Part shown: positions 12,268 through 24,805 of the stretch, piece after piece
Layout: each line of letters opens with the position of its first letter
Position numbering within the stretch: position 1 is the stretch's first letter
Assembly (NCBI GenBank): GCA_010093995.1
Contig: ML992508.1
Location: 1,210,282-1,274,281 of the forward strand
Reading direction: 5' to 3'
Length of the DNA: 64,000 nucleotides
DNA from: Elsinoe ampelina
Taxonomy: Eukaryota
Notes under the pieces: model-generated
Database searches by the model: none
What the model was told of the DNA's origin: nothing
The model's input: the letters and a program-made list of their open reading frames with translations, nothing else
Made by a program: the position numbers and the translations under genes

Positions 12268-13442
12268 ATGAGGACTAGCGCACTGGTAGCCGCCTTTGCC
12301 TGGTCGGTCATTGCAAATGCCGAACATCACATGAAGAGGAAGGTAGAGATCCGGCAAGGTGGTTCAACAAGTGTACCCTTAGTTGTTACCAATCGCTGTG
12401 CTCAGACAATCTATCCTGGTTTTGTGACTCAGGGAGGAACGGGGCCTGGGAGCCAGGGCTTCGAATTGAGACCAGGGACCAACAGAAGACAGACGGTATC
12501 AACAGATTGGCAAGGACGGATATGGGGCAGGACAAATTGCTCATTCAATGCACAAGGCAATTCGGCAGGAGGGGGGCCGGCATGCTCAACAGGGGACTGC
12601 GGCGGAACCATAAATTGCGTAGCGACAGTGGGTGGTGGGACTGCTGCAGGAACAGAACTCAGACTGACAGATGGCAGGGCGAGACACCCGTGACCCTTGC
12701 GGAGTTCACACTGAATGGTAGTAATGAGCAGACCTTCTACGACATCTCCCTTGTCGATGGCTACAATTTACCCATGGCTATAGTCACAATCAACCCCTCA
12801 AGCCTACCTCCCAACCGGGCCAACCCCTCATGTGTCGCAACAGAGGGACAATTGGCGCCCATGGGCTTCAACCCTTACAGCAACGGAGAATTCCTCGGGA
12901 CTAATGCTTCCTCTCCGCTGCCGTTCGAGAATCGCGTGACAGACAGTCAGGTGTCCATGTGGTGCCCATGGGACTTGCAACAATCTCCACCCACAGCTCC
13001 AGGAAATGGGGTCTACCCATATCCGGACACGAACATTGACAGACCGGCGTTTAATCCCTGCCTTTCTGCATGTACAAAGTACCGGCGAGATAACTACTGC
13101 TGTACTGGTGCATCCAATGGACCGGACAAATGTACGCCAAACTACTATGCAAAAGCGGCAAAGGCTGTCTGTCCAGATGCGTATAGTTTTGCATACGATG
13201 ATCAGACCTCAACATTCATCACGCAAAGAGGACCTGGATTCGAGATCATTTTTTGTCCTGGCGGGCGGAGTACACAGATCTTGACGCAGGCTAGCACCTC
13301 TGGATCCAGCTCGAGCTCAGGCGGCTCATTTATATCTGCTCTGGATAGATCAAACCCGATTCTTGACGCTCTGATCGGGACCAGTGGGAAGGCTATCGTG
13401 TCGGGACTGGCCGTGGTAGCTATGGTCATGTTTACGTTTTAG
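12268..13442 (+). CDS. Secreted thaumatin-like (PR-5) protein, probable GPI anchor
   Basis: Signal peptide, GRIWGRTNC, TLAEFTL, FYDISLVDGYNLPM, CPDAYSFAYDD. Intron 12628-12677. Ser-rich linker and hydrophobic C-terminus. Confidence 0.93.
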
Positions 13443-14320
13443 CGACGGAGAATAGAAAGCATGCAGCTGGATCTGCTGGCGATAGACCACGAACGCCGTC
13501 AAGGACACCTGTAAGGAGCAGTTTTTGTATCTGCAGGGTCCTCATCATTTATATATCTGATCAATAGCTCATATGCATAAGCGAGTCATCCTCTTCCGAT
13601 TATTGAATGGTCGTTCCTGCTCCATTGGGACGTGTTCCGCATTGAGCGTCCTCAACGACAGGATTAGATTGAAGGCTTTCCTTCCTCCTCACTAACTTAT
13701 GCTATCTTCTTCACGAAACACGACATGTTGATCTCTCTCGGAACAACTTCCAGCTGTCCCACTCGTCGCATCTTCATCGGACGGGAGGCAGAGCTAACGG
13801 CGCAGCATGCCCTTGCCGTAGAACCCCACATTGGTTGATAGGTTTTCAGGGTCGCCGCTAGTCCTCTTACAGGCTGGAGGAAGGGATCCCGTTCCTAAGC
13901 TGCTCTGAGCCTCATTTTCGAAGGGCGGATGGAAACACCATCGCTGAATCCGACATGGGAGAAGCTCTTCGTGCTCGTTATCCGATAGCATCGGCCTTAC
14001 TCTGAGACAAGGCACCGGGCAGTCGACTGATCACACGTGTGGACCCTACCACCCGCAGAGTTTTCTTGGAGTCTGGCAAGGTATCTGCGCGGGAGCACAG
14101 CTGTGGAACCATACATTTATTGCCCGCTCACATGCCATTTGACTCCATTATAAGGTCTTGAGGTCTCGTCCTATTTATCCGCTCGTGTTTCCATCTCTTG
14201 CTATTTTCCTTAATAAGCCTCGCCACATCGCAACCTATCCGGGCTGGACATTGCTTTTTGTACAGCTGCATAGCACTGCAGGCCTTTTGGTAGTACCGGC
14301 AGATGATCCTGACTGCCGAC

Positions 14321-17061
14321 ATGGCCAACACAAGGACTGTGCAGGTGCTGGAGCAGGGATGGCAATTCAAGCAGACGGATACTGAAGAATGGATGCCAGT
14401 GGCAAAGGTGCCGACAATGGTCCACCTCGACCTTCTCGACAACGGAAAGTGAGCACTGCCCATGATTGACTAAACCAACATAGATTCGATACTTACATCT
14501 CCAATAGAATCGAAGATCCGTTCAAGGGGTTCAACGAGCTCAAATGTGAATGGGTAGCAGACAAGTCGTGGACGTACAAGACTAAATTACCCGCCGTGCC
14601 TCCAGCCAAGCAAGGTCAAAAGCATATACTTGCATTCGATGGTCTCGATACCTTTGCAACTGTCAAGGTGGATGGGAAAGTGGTCTTGCAGAATGATAAC
14701 ATGTGGCACATCCATAGGCTCGACGTTACTGACTCCCTGGACGGTGGAAAAGATCACGTGCTCGAGATTGACTTTGCATCTGCACGCCTAGAGGCAATCA
14801 AGATCAAGGAGGCTCATCCCGAGCACGAGTGGGTCGGATTCAATGGCGACATGGCCAGATTGGCCGTAAGAAAAGCACAGTATCATTGGTCAGTATTGGA
14901 TCCTCCAAAGCTGCTACACGAGCACTCACCAATCATCACAGGGGTTGGGACTGGGGTCCAGTGCTCAACACATGCGGCCCGTGGCGTCAAGTCCGACTAG
15001 AGACGTACCACGCACGCATCTCCGACATTCGGGTGGACTATGAAGTGGGAGCTACGCTAGGTGCTGTCAGTGGATCAATCCTGGTCAACGTTGAAGGCGG
15101 CTCTGGTCAGACAGTCGACGTTACTGCTTCTTCCTTTCAGGGAGGCGAGACCGTTTTCAAGGGACAAGCCGAACTCTCCTCGGATGGCACTGCAAGACTG
15201 GAGTTTCACATCAACGAGCCAAAGCTGTGGTACCCGCACGGATACGGCGAGCAGCCTCTCTACACTGTCGAGGCTTCGGTCTCCAATGGCGAGCTTGAAC
15301 TCGATAACGCCAGCCGCCGTGTCGGCTTCAGAAAGGCCGAGCTGATTCAACGGCCGGATGAGATTGGCAAGACCTTCTTCTTCAGGGTCAATGGTGTCGA
15401 TGTATTCTGCGGAGGGTCCGACTGGATCCCCGCCGATAGCTTCATCCCTCGTATCAGCGAGGACAAATACCGCAAGTGGTTGCAGATGATGGTTGATGGG
15501 TATCAGGTCATGATCAGGTTGGTGCTGCAACTGGCAAGATAAGACGGCGGACTGACGTTGGCAGAATTTGGGGAGGGGGCATCTGGGAAGAAGATCACTT
15601 CTACAACATCTGCGACGAGCTCGGCATTCTTATCTGGCACGACTTCATGTTCGGTTGCGGCAACTATCCTGCGTTTCCAGAACTGAGAAAGTCGATCGAG
15701 GAAGAATGTGTTGGCCAGGTCAAGCGTTTAAGACACCATCCGTCGATCGTCATCTATGCAGGGAACAACGAAGACTACCAAGTCCAGGAATCATACAAGC
15801 TGACATACGACTATGCCGACAAGGACCCTGAGAATTGGCTAAAGACGAATTTCCCCGCCCGCTACATTTACGAAAAAGTATGTGCTACTACCAGAGCTGA
15901 TCTGCGGTGTGATGGTTCTGACTATCGATACAGATACTTCCTGATGTGGTTTCTACTCATGCACCACACGTACCATACCATCCGGGGTCCCCGTGGGGTG
16001 ACGGTAAGATCACATCCGACACGACTGTTGGCGACATGCATCAATGGAATGTGTGGCACGGCACGCAGGAAAAATACCAGATCTTCGACACACTGGGCGG
16101 CAGATTCAACTCGGAGTTCGGAATGGAGGCGTTCCCTCACATCGACACAATCAAGTGGTACGTGACAGACCCAAAGCAACTATACCCGCAGTCCCACATG
16201 ATCGACTTCCACAACAAGGCCGACGGTCACGAACGGCGTATTGCCACGTACCTGATCGAAAACTTCCGGACCTCGACCGACCTCGAGGCATTCATCCACC
16301 TTACCCAGCTAAGCCAGGCCGAAGCTTTGATGTTTGGCTACCGCGGATGGAGAAAACAGTGGGGCCAGAAACGACACTGCGGGGGAGCCCTAGTGTGGCA
16401 ACTCAACGACTGTTGGCCGGTAACTTCATGGTCGATTGTCGACTATTTCCTCCGCAAGAAGCCGGCGTACTACGCCATGCGGCGGGTGCTTGCGCCGGTG
16501 GCCGTGGCGGTTAAAAGGGCACACCACGACTGGAGCGTGGTGCACGCACGTCCCGCCAAGACATCGTCGTGGGAATGCTGGGTGTCGAGCAGCAAGACCG
16601 AAGAGATGCGCGCCAGGGTCGAGGTCAGGTTCATCAGCGTGGAGACGGGCAAGGAAGTGCGGGAGAAATTCTCCACCGAAGTGGTGGTCGTGCCCAATGG
16701 GACGACGAATGTCACCGAGGGGGTGATTGACAACACCACGACGGAGGCTCACGTGCTGGCGGCTCGCATCTGGATCGACGGCCAGGTGGTCGCTAGGGAC
16801 GTCGACTGGCCGCAGCCGCTCAAGTATCTGGATTTTGAGGATCGTGGGGTCTCGGTCCGGCAGAGTAGCTCTGCTGGCAAGATGACGGTGACGGCAGACA
16901 AGCCGGTCAAGGGTCTGGTGTTTGAGGAACGGGAAGGTGTGTTGGTGGATGATAGCGCGTTGGACGTGGTCCCGGGTGATGAACAGGTGATCAGCGTCAA
17001 GGGCGTCAAGGAAGGGGACGAGCCCTTGAAATGGCGCTACTATGGGCAAGCGGTAGTATGA
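14321..17061 (+). CDS. mndB: GH2 beta-mannosidase B (no signal peptide), 5 exons
   Basis: MANTRTVQVLEQGWQFKQ start, FDGLDTFA, RKAQYHWGWDWGP, RIWGGG, GNNE (acid/base), FNSEFG (nucleophile), WQLNDCWP. Introns 14449-14507, 14889-14941, 15518-15564, 15878-15933. Confidence 0.92.
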
Positions 17062-18255
17062 CTCTAGGAGAGGAATTCTTCCATGGATGACCGGCGGGGT
17101 CACGAAAGTTACAAAGGCGTGGCAGGGCTGTTGGCTGGAACAGTAAGTAAAGCTCGGTGCTATTGGTCCGAATTATTTATCCAGATCACGTTGCAACCCT
17201 TGGATGCGAAGAGACTGGGCCCAGGTCCATCCTGGAAGCGTGACTCGAGGTTTAATTGATTGCCTGCCCGATCTATACTGGCTCCACGTTTTGCTGATTA
17301 TTTAGTCCTTTTACCATTCCCGTCGATAATATGCCCGGCCAGAGCACAATGTGGATGTCTGGACAATCCCCTCTCGGCTCGCTACTTTGACAAACATTTG
17401 TCAAGAGTCATGCATGGTACAAGGACACAAGGACAATATGTTCCAGCAACGACGACCTGTCAGTCCAGGTACATGAAACGGCGATTCGTCGCTCGCGCGG
17501 CGATCATTCAGGAACACTGACCAGGGTCTGTTGGAGGAGAAAGCGGAGAGTGGAGGGACAGACGTGTGATGTGCAGCAGCCAGACCGCGTGACAGAGACG
17601 TAAACATGTCTCCACTAATCGGCGTGCAGGTGTGGTTATGTCAGAGCACAGTAGTATACAGTAGTATAGTTTCGATGGACCGGGGACTCGCTGGACTCGA
17701 AGAGGAGGATTCATCTAAAATGTGGTCAGCTGGTGTGGCCGGACAGACGGGCTGGAGGACAACAGCCTCAGGTGTGGCTGCACTTCCAGAAGACGGTCAA
17801 AAGCAGTTTCCTGTGAATGCTTCATTTCCACCCAATCGGAACATTCGATCTCGTCAGGAGACGTCGAAAAAAACAGACACAAGTACCGATGAACCCACGC
17901 CAGACCGCCAAATCTTGCAAATCTCGCATTATATTGCACGCGGGGAAAAACGCGCCTCGTTCTACCAAGGCCCAAGGGTAACTTACTGCCCCCGGAACAT
18001 TAAAGTTAAGCAATTTTAACAGTGTCCACACGACCAATTAACCTTTTCCATCGGTGACACACTGACTCGCCCCGAGGTGCTCACTAGGTCCCAAGAGGGC
18101 CCTAGAGGTCCGCTCATGCGCTAGCGAGCCCTTTGTCCTGCTCTCCACACGCCTTTCCCACGCCTTTGCACGCCTCTACCGCTCTCGTTCTCCTGCAGCT
18201 ATCTGCTTCGTCTACACGCCGCTTCACAACCACCTGCAGTAGATCCATCCCATTT

Positions 18256-18276
18256 CTGGGGCCACGCCGTCTGGGG
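18256..18276 (+). promoter_or_regulatory. Two tandem CreA/Cre1-type SYGGRG sites
   Basis: CTGGGG at 18256-18261 and 18271-18276, about 270 bp upstream of the transcription factor ATG. The motif is short and may occur by chance. Confidence 0.35.
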
Positions 18277-18540
18277 TGCGCCATTCACCCATCATTTAGG
18301 CTCCTGCACTAGACAGCACCTCGACGAGCCAAGAGTCCGAACCGCGGACAGCCTTTTTTTCCCCTGCTGGGTAGTGCATGCCACACACGTCCTACCAGAA
18401 CAAGGGGTCATGTACAGAGGCGACGGCGGCGAATTTGACATCACCGCCAATTTGAAGCAGAGATTTTCGCCCCTGCCCTCGCTGTCATATACCGCCTGTC
18501 CTTCCCTTCATTCGGTCGACTCTGCATCGCCCTCATAACA

Positions 18541-21500
18541 ATGTTCCATACCTTTCAAGCGGCATCGGCGCCAATTTCCTCGTCTGCATTGAGCAACGGA
18601 GAGACACCCTCCGGAAAATCAAAGGATGGGTCTCGACGCATTTCAACGACGAATGCCTGTCTAGAATGTCGTCGACGGAAGATGTACGTTGGGGCACCCC
18701 GTCATGATCGATCGAGAGAACTGACGCAATCTTTCCCAGTCGATGTGATGGTAGTTTGCCCTGCAGCCAGTGCCAGTGGTATCACCATCCGGAGGCATGC
18801 AAATATACCAAGCCAACGCAAAGGGTCGTGCCATCGAGAGCGTAAGTTGGACTGTCCCCATCGATCGAGTTCTTATTCACAAATCTTGCAGATTGGTAGA
18901 GAAGCTCTCAACACGCAACTCGCAAAACGAGTCCGTCTTCACAAAGATCTTCCCTGGTCGGGACGTTGAGTCGCTAGTCTCGTTGTCCAGGGAGGAGTTG
19001 CTGAACCTTGCGCTCACCCTGCCAGCGAACAGTCCGTCTGGTAGTACTAATTCTAATCATCGAAATGCTTCCGCCCCGGACAGTATCGTGGCCAACTCCG
19101 AGGCCGCAAACAGTCTAGAGGCGCTCGAGCAGGCTCCCGATCAGGATGGTGATGATTTGCATGACGAATCGAGACGCACTCTCGATACCAACGTCCAACG
19201 AGTCTCGGACGACGTCAATGGTTTGTCGCTTTCCATCGACAAGCAGTCGTCCTACGTTGGTGCTTCGTCCATCACTGCGGCCCTCAAGGTCATTTTCAAA
19301 ATCTCGCCTGGTGCGAGGCTGTTCCTCGCCCATGGAAGACCCATCGAAACCGCTCTTCCCAGCAGAGCAAACACTCCTCCGCCCGACGAGGTCGAAGCTG
19401 ATGCCTTTGAGATTCCTCCGCCAGAAGAGGGGAGGCCTATCCTCGAGGCCTACTTCCAACGGGTCCACGCCTTGATGCCCATGGTCGACGAGCAAAAGTT
19501 CTGGCATCTTTACCTGCAAAGTCAACGCCGAGACGCACCATGGCTGGCTCTCTTCAACACTGTCATGGCACTCGGGTCGGTGGCTTCGTCCAACGCAGAC
19601 AGCCGTCAGCACACCGTGTTTTTCTCCAGGGCCATGCACCATCTCAACATCGAGTTGCTGGGTAGCGGGAATATCATGGTCGTGCAGGCCTTGGGCCTCA
19701 TGAGCGGGTACTATCTTCACTACGTTAACAGACCGAATCTGGCAAACAACTTACTCGGTGCGACGATACGAATGGCGACGGTTCTAGGAATGCACAGGGA
19801 CTTTTCACAGGCTCCGACGTCAGGACAACCTACGGACAAGGCGGTGGATAGTGCCGATGCAAATCCGACCGAGATCAGAAGGAGGACGTGGTGGAGCATA
19901 TTTTGCCTTGATACGTGGGCTAGTACAACGAACGGTCGCCCGACACTGGGTAGGATAGGACCCGGTGTGACGGTGCGGCCGCCGAGAGTAGCTATGGAAA
20001 AGGTAGGATTCGTGCACCGCATGCTGGTAACCATACCGTGCTAATTACTTCCAGATGGACTCTGCTCGATACCAGGAGGCTCTGAAGATGCTACCACTTA
20101 TTCACAACACGACGTTCTGCAGGCTAGCCACGAGGATACAGGACACTCTGGCCGTCAATCACGCCCTGGACTTTGAAGAGCTACTAGCTCTGGATGCCGA
20201 ATTGGTATCCTGGCACGAAGACTTGCCATCGATATTACTACCAATGTACCAAAAAGCTGGATCCACTTCACCCGATCTCAAACGTCGGACGTCGTCGACT
20301 ACTTCTAGGAAGCCGGCGAGGTCTGCCTTTCGTAGTGCCTCGATATGTGAGACGCCCATTGATTTCTCCGTCCCGCTCGAGCGGACGAAATCTAGCGACG
20401 GCTGTCCGTTGTTTCTCAGGACCGCTCGTCAAGTCATGCATTGGCGGTACCAAAACCTACGGATCGTGCTCCATCGACCTTCGGTGCTGGCTGCTGCTCT
20501 GAGACGGGTGCCCTTCTCTGCATTGACCGCTGAGGAAAAAGTGGCTGTCGGTCGTTGCCGAGCGGTAGCTGCTCAGAGCATATCCGATATCGATGCGATG
20601 TGCGAGCCTGAACTCATCGCAGGCTGGAACGCCGTGTGGTTCATGTATCAAGCTGTCATGGTACCGCTTGTTTCACTTTTTGCTCACCTCAGCATCACCG
20701 CGACGAAGACTCGCCATTCGCAGGCCATGAGCCTGAACCTGGTAGTAAAAGGTGAAGAAGGTACTACCAGCTCCTCCTCCGACTCGCCGCCCAATCACCC
20801 GTCTCCCGGCACCGAATCGGAAATGGACAAATGGCGCGCTCAAATCGAGACTGCCCTCCGATTTTTTGAACGCATGGAACAGTGGTCCGTCGCGGCAAAA
20901 AAGTCCAAGGATGTCGTCTCACGCCTCTACGAGGCCTCCGAACGATTCAGCCTGCACAACAAGTTCCAAGCACAGATGATGCGCTCTCCAATCCCTACCA
21001 GCATCTCCCTCAACAACGGAGCCCAATCCATCCCTCAAACCCCACAACAACAACGCGACCTCCTCGCCCAAGAATACGCCCGCCAAATCTCCCACACCCA
21101 GCACCTGCAGCAACAGCAGCAGTTGCAGGCTATCCCAACCAGCCAACCCAACGGCGCCCACGGCGTCCACTTCCCCGACGCCCCCGCCGGCGGCTTCATG
21201 ACCTCGTTCCCGCTCTCCATCCCCAGCACCCTCCCGCAAAGCACCAGCTTCTCCGCCCCCTCGGTCTCCACCTCCCTCTACCCCTCGGACAGCGCCATGA
21301 TGGGCATCCAAACCTCGCCCCAAGCCCACCACTGGGCGGGGACACCGGGCATGGGCGCGCCTTTCGACCAGAACCTGTGGGCGCTCCAGACGCCGAGCAC
21401 GGATATACCGCTCGAGATGTTCTGGCAGGAAATGCAGTGGGACACGGTGCCGTTGTTCGACGGGGATGAGTTCAACGAGTATAACATGGGCGTCGACATG

Positions 21501-21698
21501 CCCGGTAGTGTGGCCATGGATTTTGCCGGGGGGGAGTATTTCGGGGGCCATGTTGAGATGGGGAACGGGCCGGGTGGGGGTCAGATGGGGAGTGGGGGTG
21601 GGCAGGTGAATGGGAATGGGAATGGGAGTGGGGATGGAGGGGCCACGGGGAATGGGGTGAGTGGGGAGGGGATTGGGACTTGGGATTATGGGCGGTGA
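18541..21698 (+). CDS. clrB: Zn2Cys6 transcription factor with fungal-specific middle domain, ClrB/ManR/CLR-2-like
   Basis: Spliced cluster CLECRRRKIRCDGSLPCSQCQWYHHPEAC followed by KPTQRVVPSR, and EIRRRTWWSIFCLDTW. Introns 18684-18739, 18842-18891, 20003-20054. The Zn2Cys6 call is firm; orthology rests on the recalled MFHTF N-terminus and adjacency to mndB. Confidence 0.72.
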
Positions 21699-22726
21699 GG
21701 GGATGGTGGGTGGATGTGGTGCGAGGAGGATGTAGTTGGGGAGAAGACGGTGGAAGAGAAGAAAAGTTTCGTCTGGTTTCATGGGTCACATGACGGATGG
21801 GGGAGGAGTCGGTCCACTGCACGACTGCTTGTTTTGGCTGGCATGGCATGGCATGGTTGGCTGGGATGGATGGATGTTTGATGATTACATATGTCGAGAT
21901 ACCCTGTGTTCTTTGTTACGCTCGCTTGGCTGGCGACAGCTTCAAAAATGTATATATTGCTGACTCCGCCGCCTCTGTCCTTCTCACTAGCATCGTGTCC
22001 CTTTGCTGCCTGTTGTTCGAGGTGATCGGAACTAGTCGGTATGTGAAGCATGCAAGGGTTCTTCCTGCTGCCTTCACGATGACCCCTTGCATGGAGGTAC
22101 AGTCATCATGCTCACAAGTCCAGTATCATCCAACCTGCAGCTTCTACCTCTCGATCTCGTCCTTCAAGCCGTCGTGATGGGCGGAAACGAGACACGAGCG
22201 AGGACACGGAGGAGGAGCCTGTCCAGGAATCAAGAATCGATCACATCTTGTTTGGGATCAAGACGCTGAGCATTGTGTAGATCATCAGGTTGGTGGGCTC
22301 GTACCGGTACGGGTGGCAATCATATGGTTAGGAACTGGAAGTTAAATGTTGCGTGGACCACGAGGTGGAACTACTAGAGGAAGAGCGGTGACGGAGAGCG
22401 TTTCGGGCCAGGATATCCTTCTGGATGTGGGTATCTTGAGACAGTGATAGATACGATGCTTCGTCACGGAGTCAGGCGACATGAGAATAATGATATTGCT
22501 CCCTTCTGGAGGGCGCCGGGTGGATTCGGAATGTGCTACTGATGCGGGATCGGACGGGTGAGACTCATGGCGTTTTACGCGTATTTGCAACGCTCCCCTG
22601 CCGTCCTACAATCACAGCCATGTCAGCATGGTCATCCTGATATGCTGCAGGAATAAGTATAAGTGGTAAGTCGATGTCGTGATATCTTGGTGGTATCAAA
22701 ATTCGTTACGCATCGTCTCAACAACC

Positions 22727-23233
22727 ATGACTTCACCTTTACTTCGCACCACATTTGCGAGACATCTGCGGTCACGACCACTGCATCTTCACGCTGGACG
22801 TTCGGCTGATGTCGCACCCTCAACGAAGCGGAACACCCACATGCCAGCTCTCTGGGCCGTGAAGGGAAGATCCCAACCTTCAAGGGGAATAGCCACTTCC
22901 CCCCTCCGCTCACCAAAGCCTGTACCCCAGCAAGCTCCCCATGGCAAGCAAACAGATCATGAGGCATCCCGCGTGGATTCCAAGGGAGCGTCAGGAGGTA
23001 GAGATCAGGCGTTCAAGTCTGAGATACCTGCTTTCAACTTCAAGGACCTCGGTGCCAACAAAACGGTGAAGACTGTTGTGATCATAGCACTGATAGTGGC
23101 GGGCACGGCGGAGACCATTACGTGGTGTAGGCTGGGATTGAGACGGTGGCGGGGTAGGGAGGGAAGTTCGGAAGAGCAGGTGGATCTGGAGGAGAAGGGA
23201 TCGTTGCCAACGGGAGTGGAGGGGTCACCTTGA
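22727..23233 (+). CDS. Small hypothetical protein, probable mitochondrial presequence plus one TM helix
   Basis: Arg/Ser/Thr-rich acid-free N-terminus (MTSPLLRTTFARHLRSRPL), FNFKDLGA followed by hydrophobic VVIIALIVAGTAETITW, good ATG context (ACCATG). Confidence 0.65.
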   Translation: MTSPLLRTTFARHLRSRPLHLHAGRSADVAPSTKRNTHMPALWAVKGRSQPSRGIATSPLRSPKPVPQQAPHGKQTDHEASRVDSKGASGGRDQAFKSEIPAFNFKDLGANKTVKTVVIIALIVAGTAETITWCRLGLRRWRGREGSSEEQVDLEEKGSLPTGVEGSP

Positions 23234-23725
23234 TTCTCGATGCAACCGCAGATTTGTAGACCAGGAAGACCATTATGGTAGAAGAACGCTGTCCCTGGCG
23301 CATCGGTTTTGTTCGAGGGAAAGAATTTGTATGTATTGATCAATTTGCTGTAGATGTAGAACATGGACTCCAGTCTTGAGCGCTCATCGTTACCGTGGTC
23401 AACGGAAAGACACTCCGTCCATGATCACGAGGATGTATAAGTGAACGAATCTTCGAATCTCTCTTGTAATCATACAATCTTCATTCCTATATGAAATAAT
23501 TCGTAATTGACAAGTGGGTGGCCGATGAAGTCATAACATCTATACCAAATCGCCAAGACCGTGGTGAATTTTCGCCTGCAACCTCGTTTTTCACCTTGCT
23601 TCACAACATAACATCAAACATTATCAGAGTGGAATTTCTCAGACCTTTTCCAGAACCTGCTTCACAAATACAGCCCACGTCCGCCTCGAGTGAGCGGCTT
23701 ACACCCATCAACCTCATCCGCCACA

Positions 23726-24376
23726 ATGACCCAAATCTTCCTCCCCGGCGACCCACTCCCCGCCTCCTCACAACCCGGTCTCGGCACCCACCTCACCTCC
23801 CACACCACCGTCTCCTCCCTCGCCGGCACCCTCCTCCCCTCAAAAACCACCTCCACCATCCTTCCCCCCACCACAACCGCCCCCCTCCCAAGCACAGGCG
23901 ACATCGTCCTCGGCACCATCACGCGCCTCACCCCCCGCCACGCAACAATGGACATCCTCGCCCTGACCACCCTCCCTCGCGCCTCTCCCTCCCTCTCCTC
24001 CTCCTCAAACCCCACCACCTCCTCCCTCGCCACATCCCCCCTAACCACCACCTCCTCGTCCCTCACCTCCACCCTCCCCCTGCCCTACGCCCACCAGGCC
24101 CTCATCCGCCAGCAGGACATCCGCGCCACGGAACTGGACAAAGTGACGGTGGCGGGGTGCTTCCAGGTGGGCGACGTCGTGCGGGCGGTGGTGATCAGCA
24201 TCGGGGACGAGAGGAATTATTACGTCAGCACGGCGAGGGATGAGTTGGGGGTTGTGCTGGGGAGGTCGGAGACGGGGCGGGAGTTGGTCGGGGTGAGCTG
24301 GGGGGAGATGAGGGAGGTGAGGGGTGGGAAACTGGTGGGGAGGGGGGAGGGGAGGAAGGTGGCGAGGGTGGTTTAG
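23726..24376 (+). CDS. CSL4: Exosome complex component Csl4
   Basis: LPGDPL N-terminus, S1 domain LP..GDIVLG, LIRQQDIRATELDKV..CFQVGDVVRAVVISIGD...YYVSTARDELGVV, C-terminal E.RKVA. Confidence 0.92.
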   Translation: MTQIFLPGDPLPASSQPGLGTHLTSHTTVSSLAGTLLPSKTTSTILPPTTTAPLPSTGDIVLGTITRLTPRHATMDILALTTLPRASPSLSSSSNPTTSSLATSPLTTTSSSLTSTLPLPYAHQALIRQQDIRATELDKVTVAGCFQVGDVVRAVVISIGDERNYYVSTARDELGVVLGRSETGRELVGVSWGEMREVRGGKLVGRGEGRKVARVV

Positions 24377-24805
24377 CTTCTGAATGGGGTTGGGGGTTGG
24401 GATGATGTTCGGAGGTGGAGGAGAGGCGGGTTTGAGAGGTCACGGAGCATTTTGATAGGGTCTTTGTGGGACCTAGCAGCTTTGTCGGGAGGTTCGAGGT
24501 GCTGTGAATGGTTGCAAGTAACGCACACACGGACGAAGATGCCACAATCGATGCTGGGTCAAAGTCTGGACTAATATATACCACATAAGACCATAAGACG
24601 AGCGGAATGGTCTGTACAATGGAGATGGAGGAGACGTCTGGGATGGGACCTAAAAGTACGCATGAGATGTTTGTGTTGTGGAGAGGCATCCGTACTCTAG
24701 CATTGCTGCGATAATGCTACTAATTCTAATGGTGTATCATGCCAGTTCGTCTCTGGTTATCTTACATGGCGATCCCCGTCTCCTGTCATTGTATAAATCT
24801 TGATC

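Noticed and set aside
13442..14320. CGGN8CCG ClrB-type site in the mannosidase promoter
   Set aside because: Only one-mismatch variants were seen (near 13739, 14016, 14090), which is not enough to call.
21700..22700. Short ORFs, a GCATG microsatellite and the palindrome CGTACCGGTACG near 22300
   Set aside because: No coding or RNA-gene signature; consistent with chance intergenic sequence.
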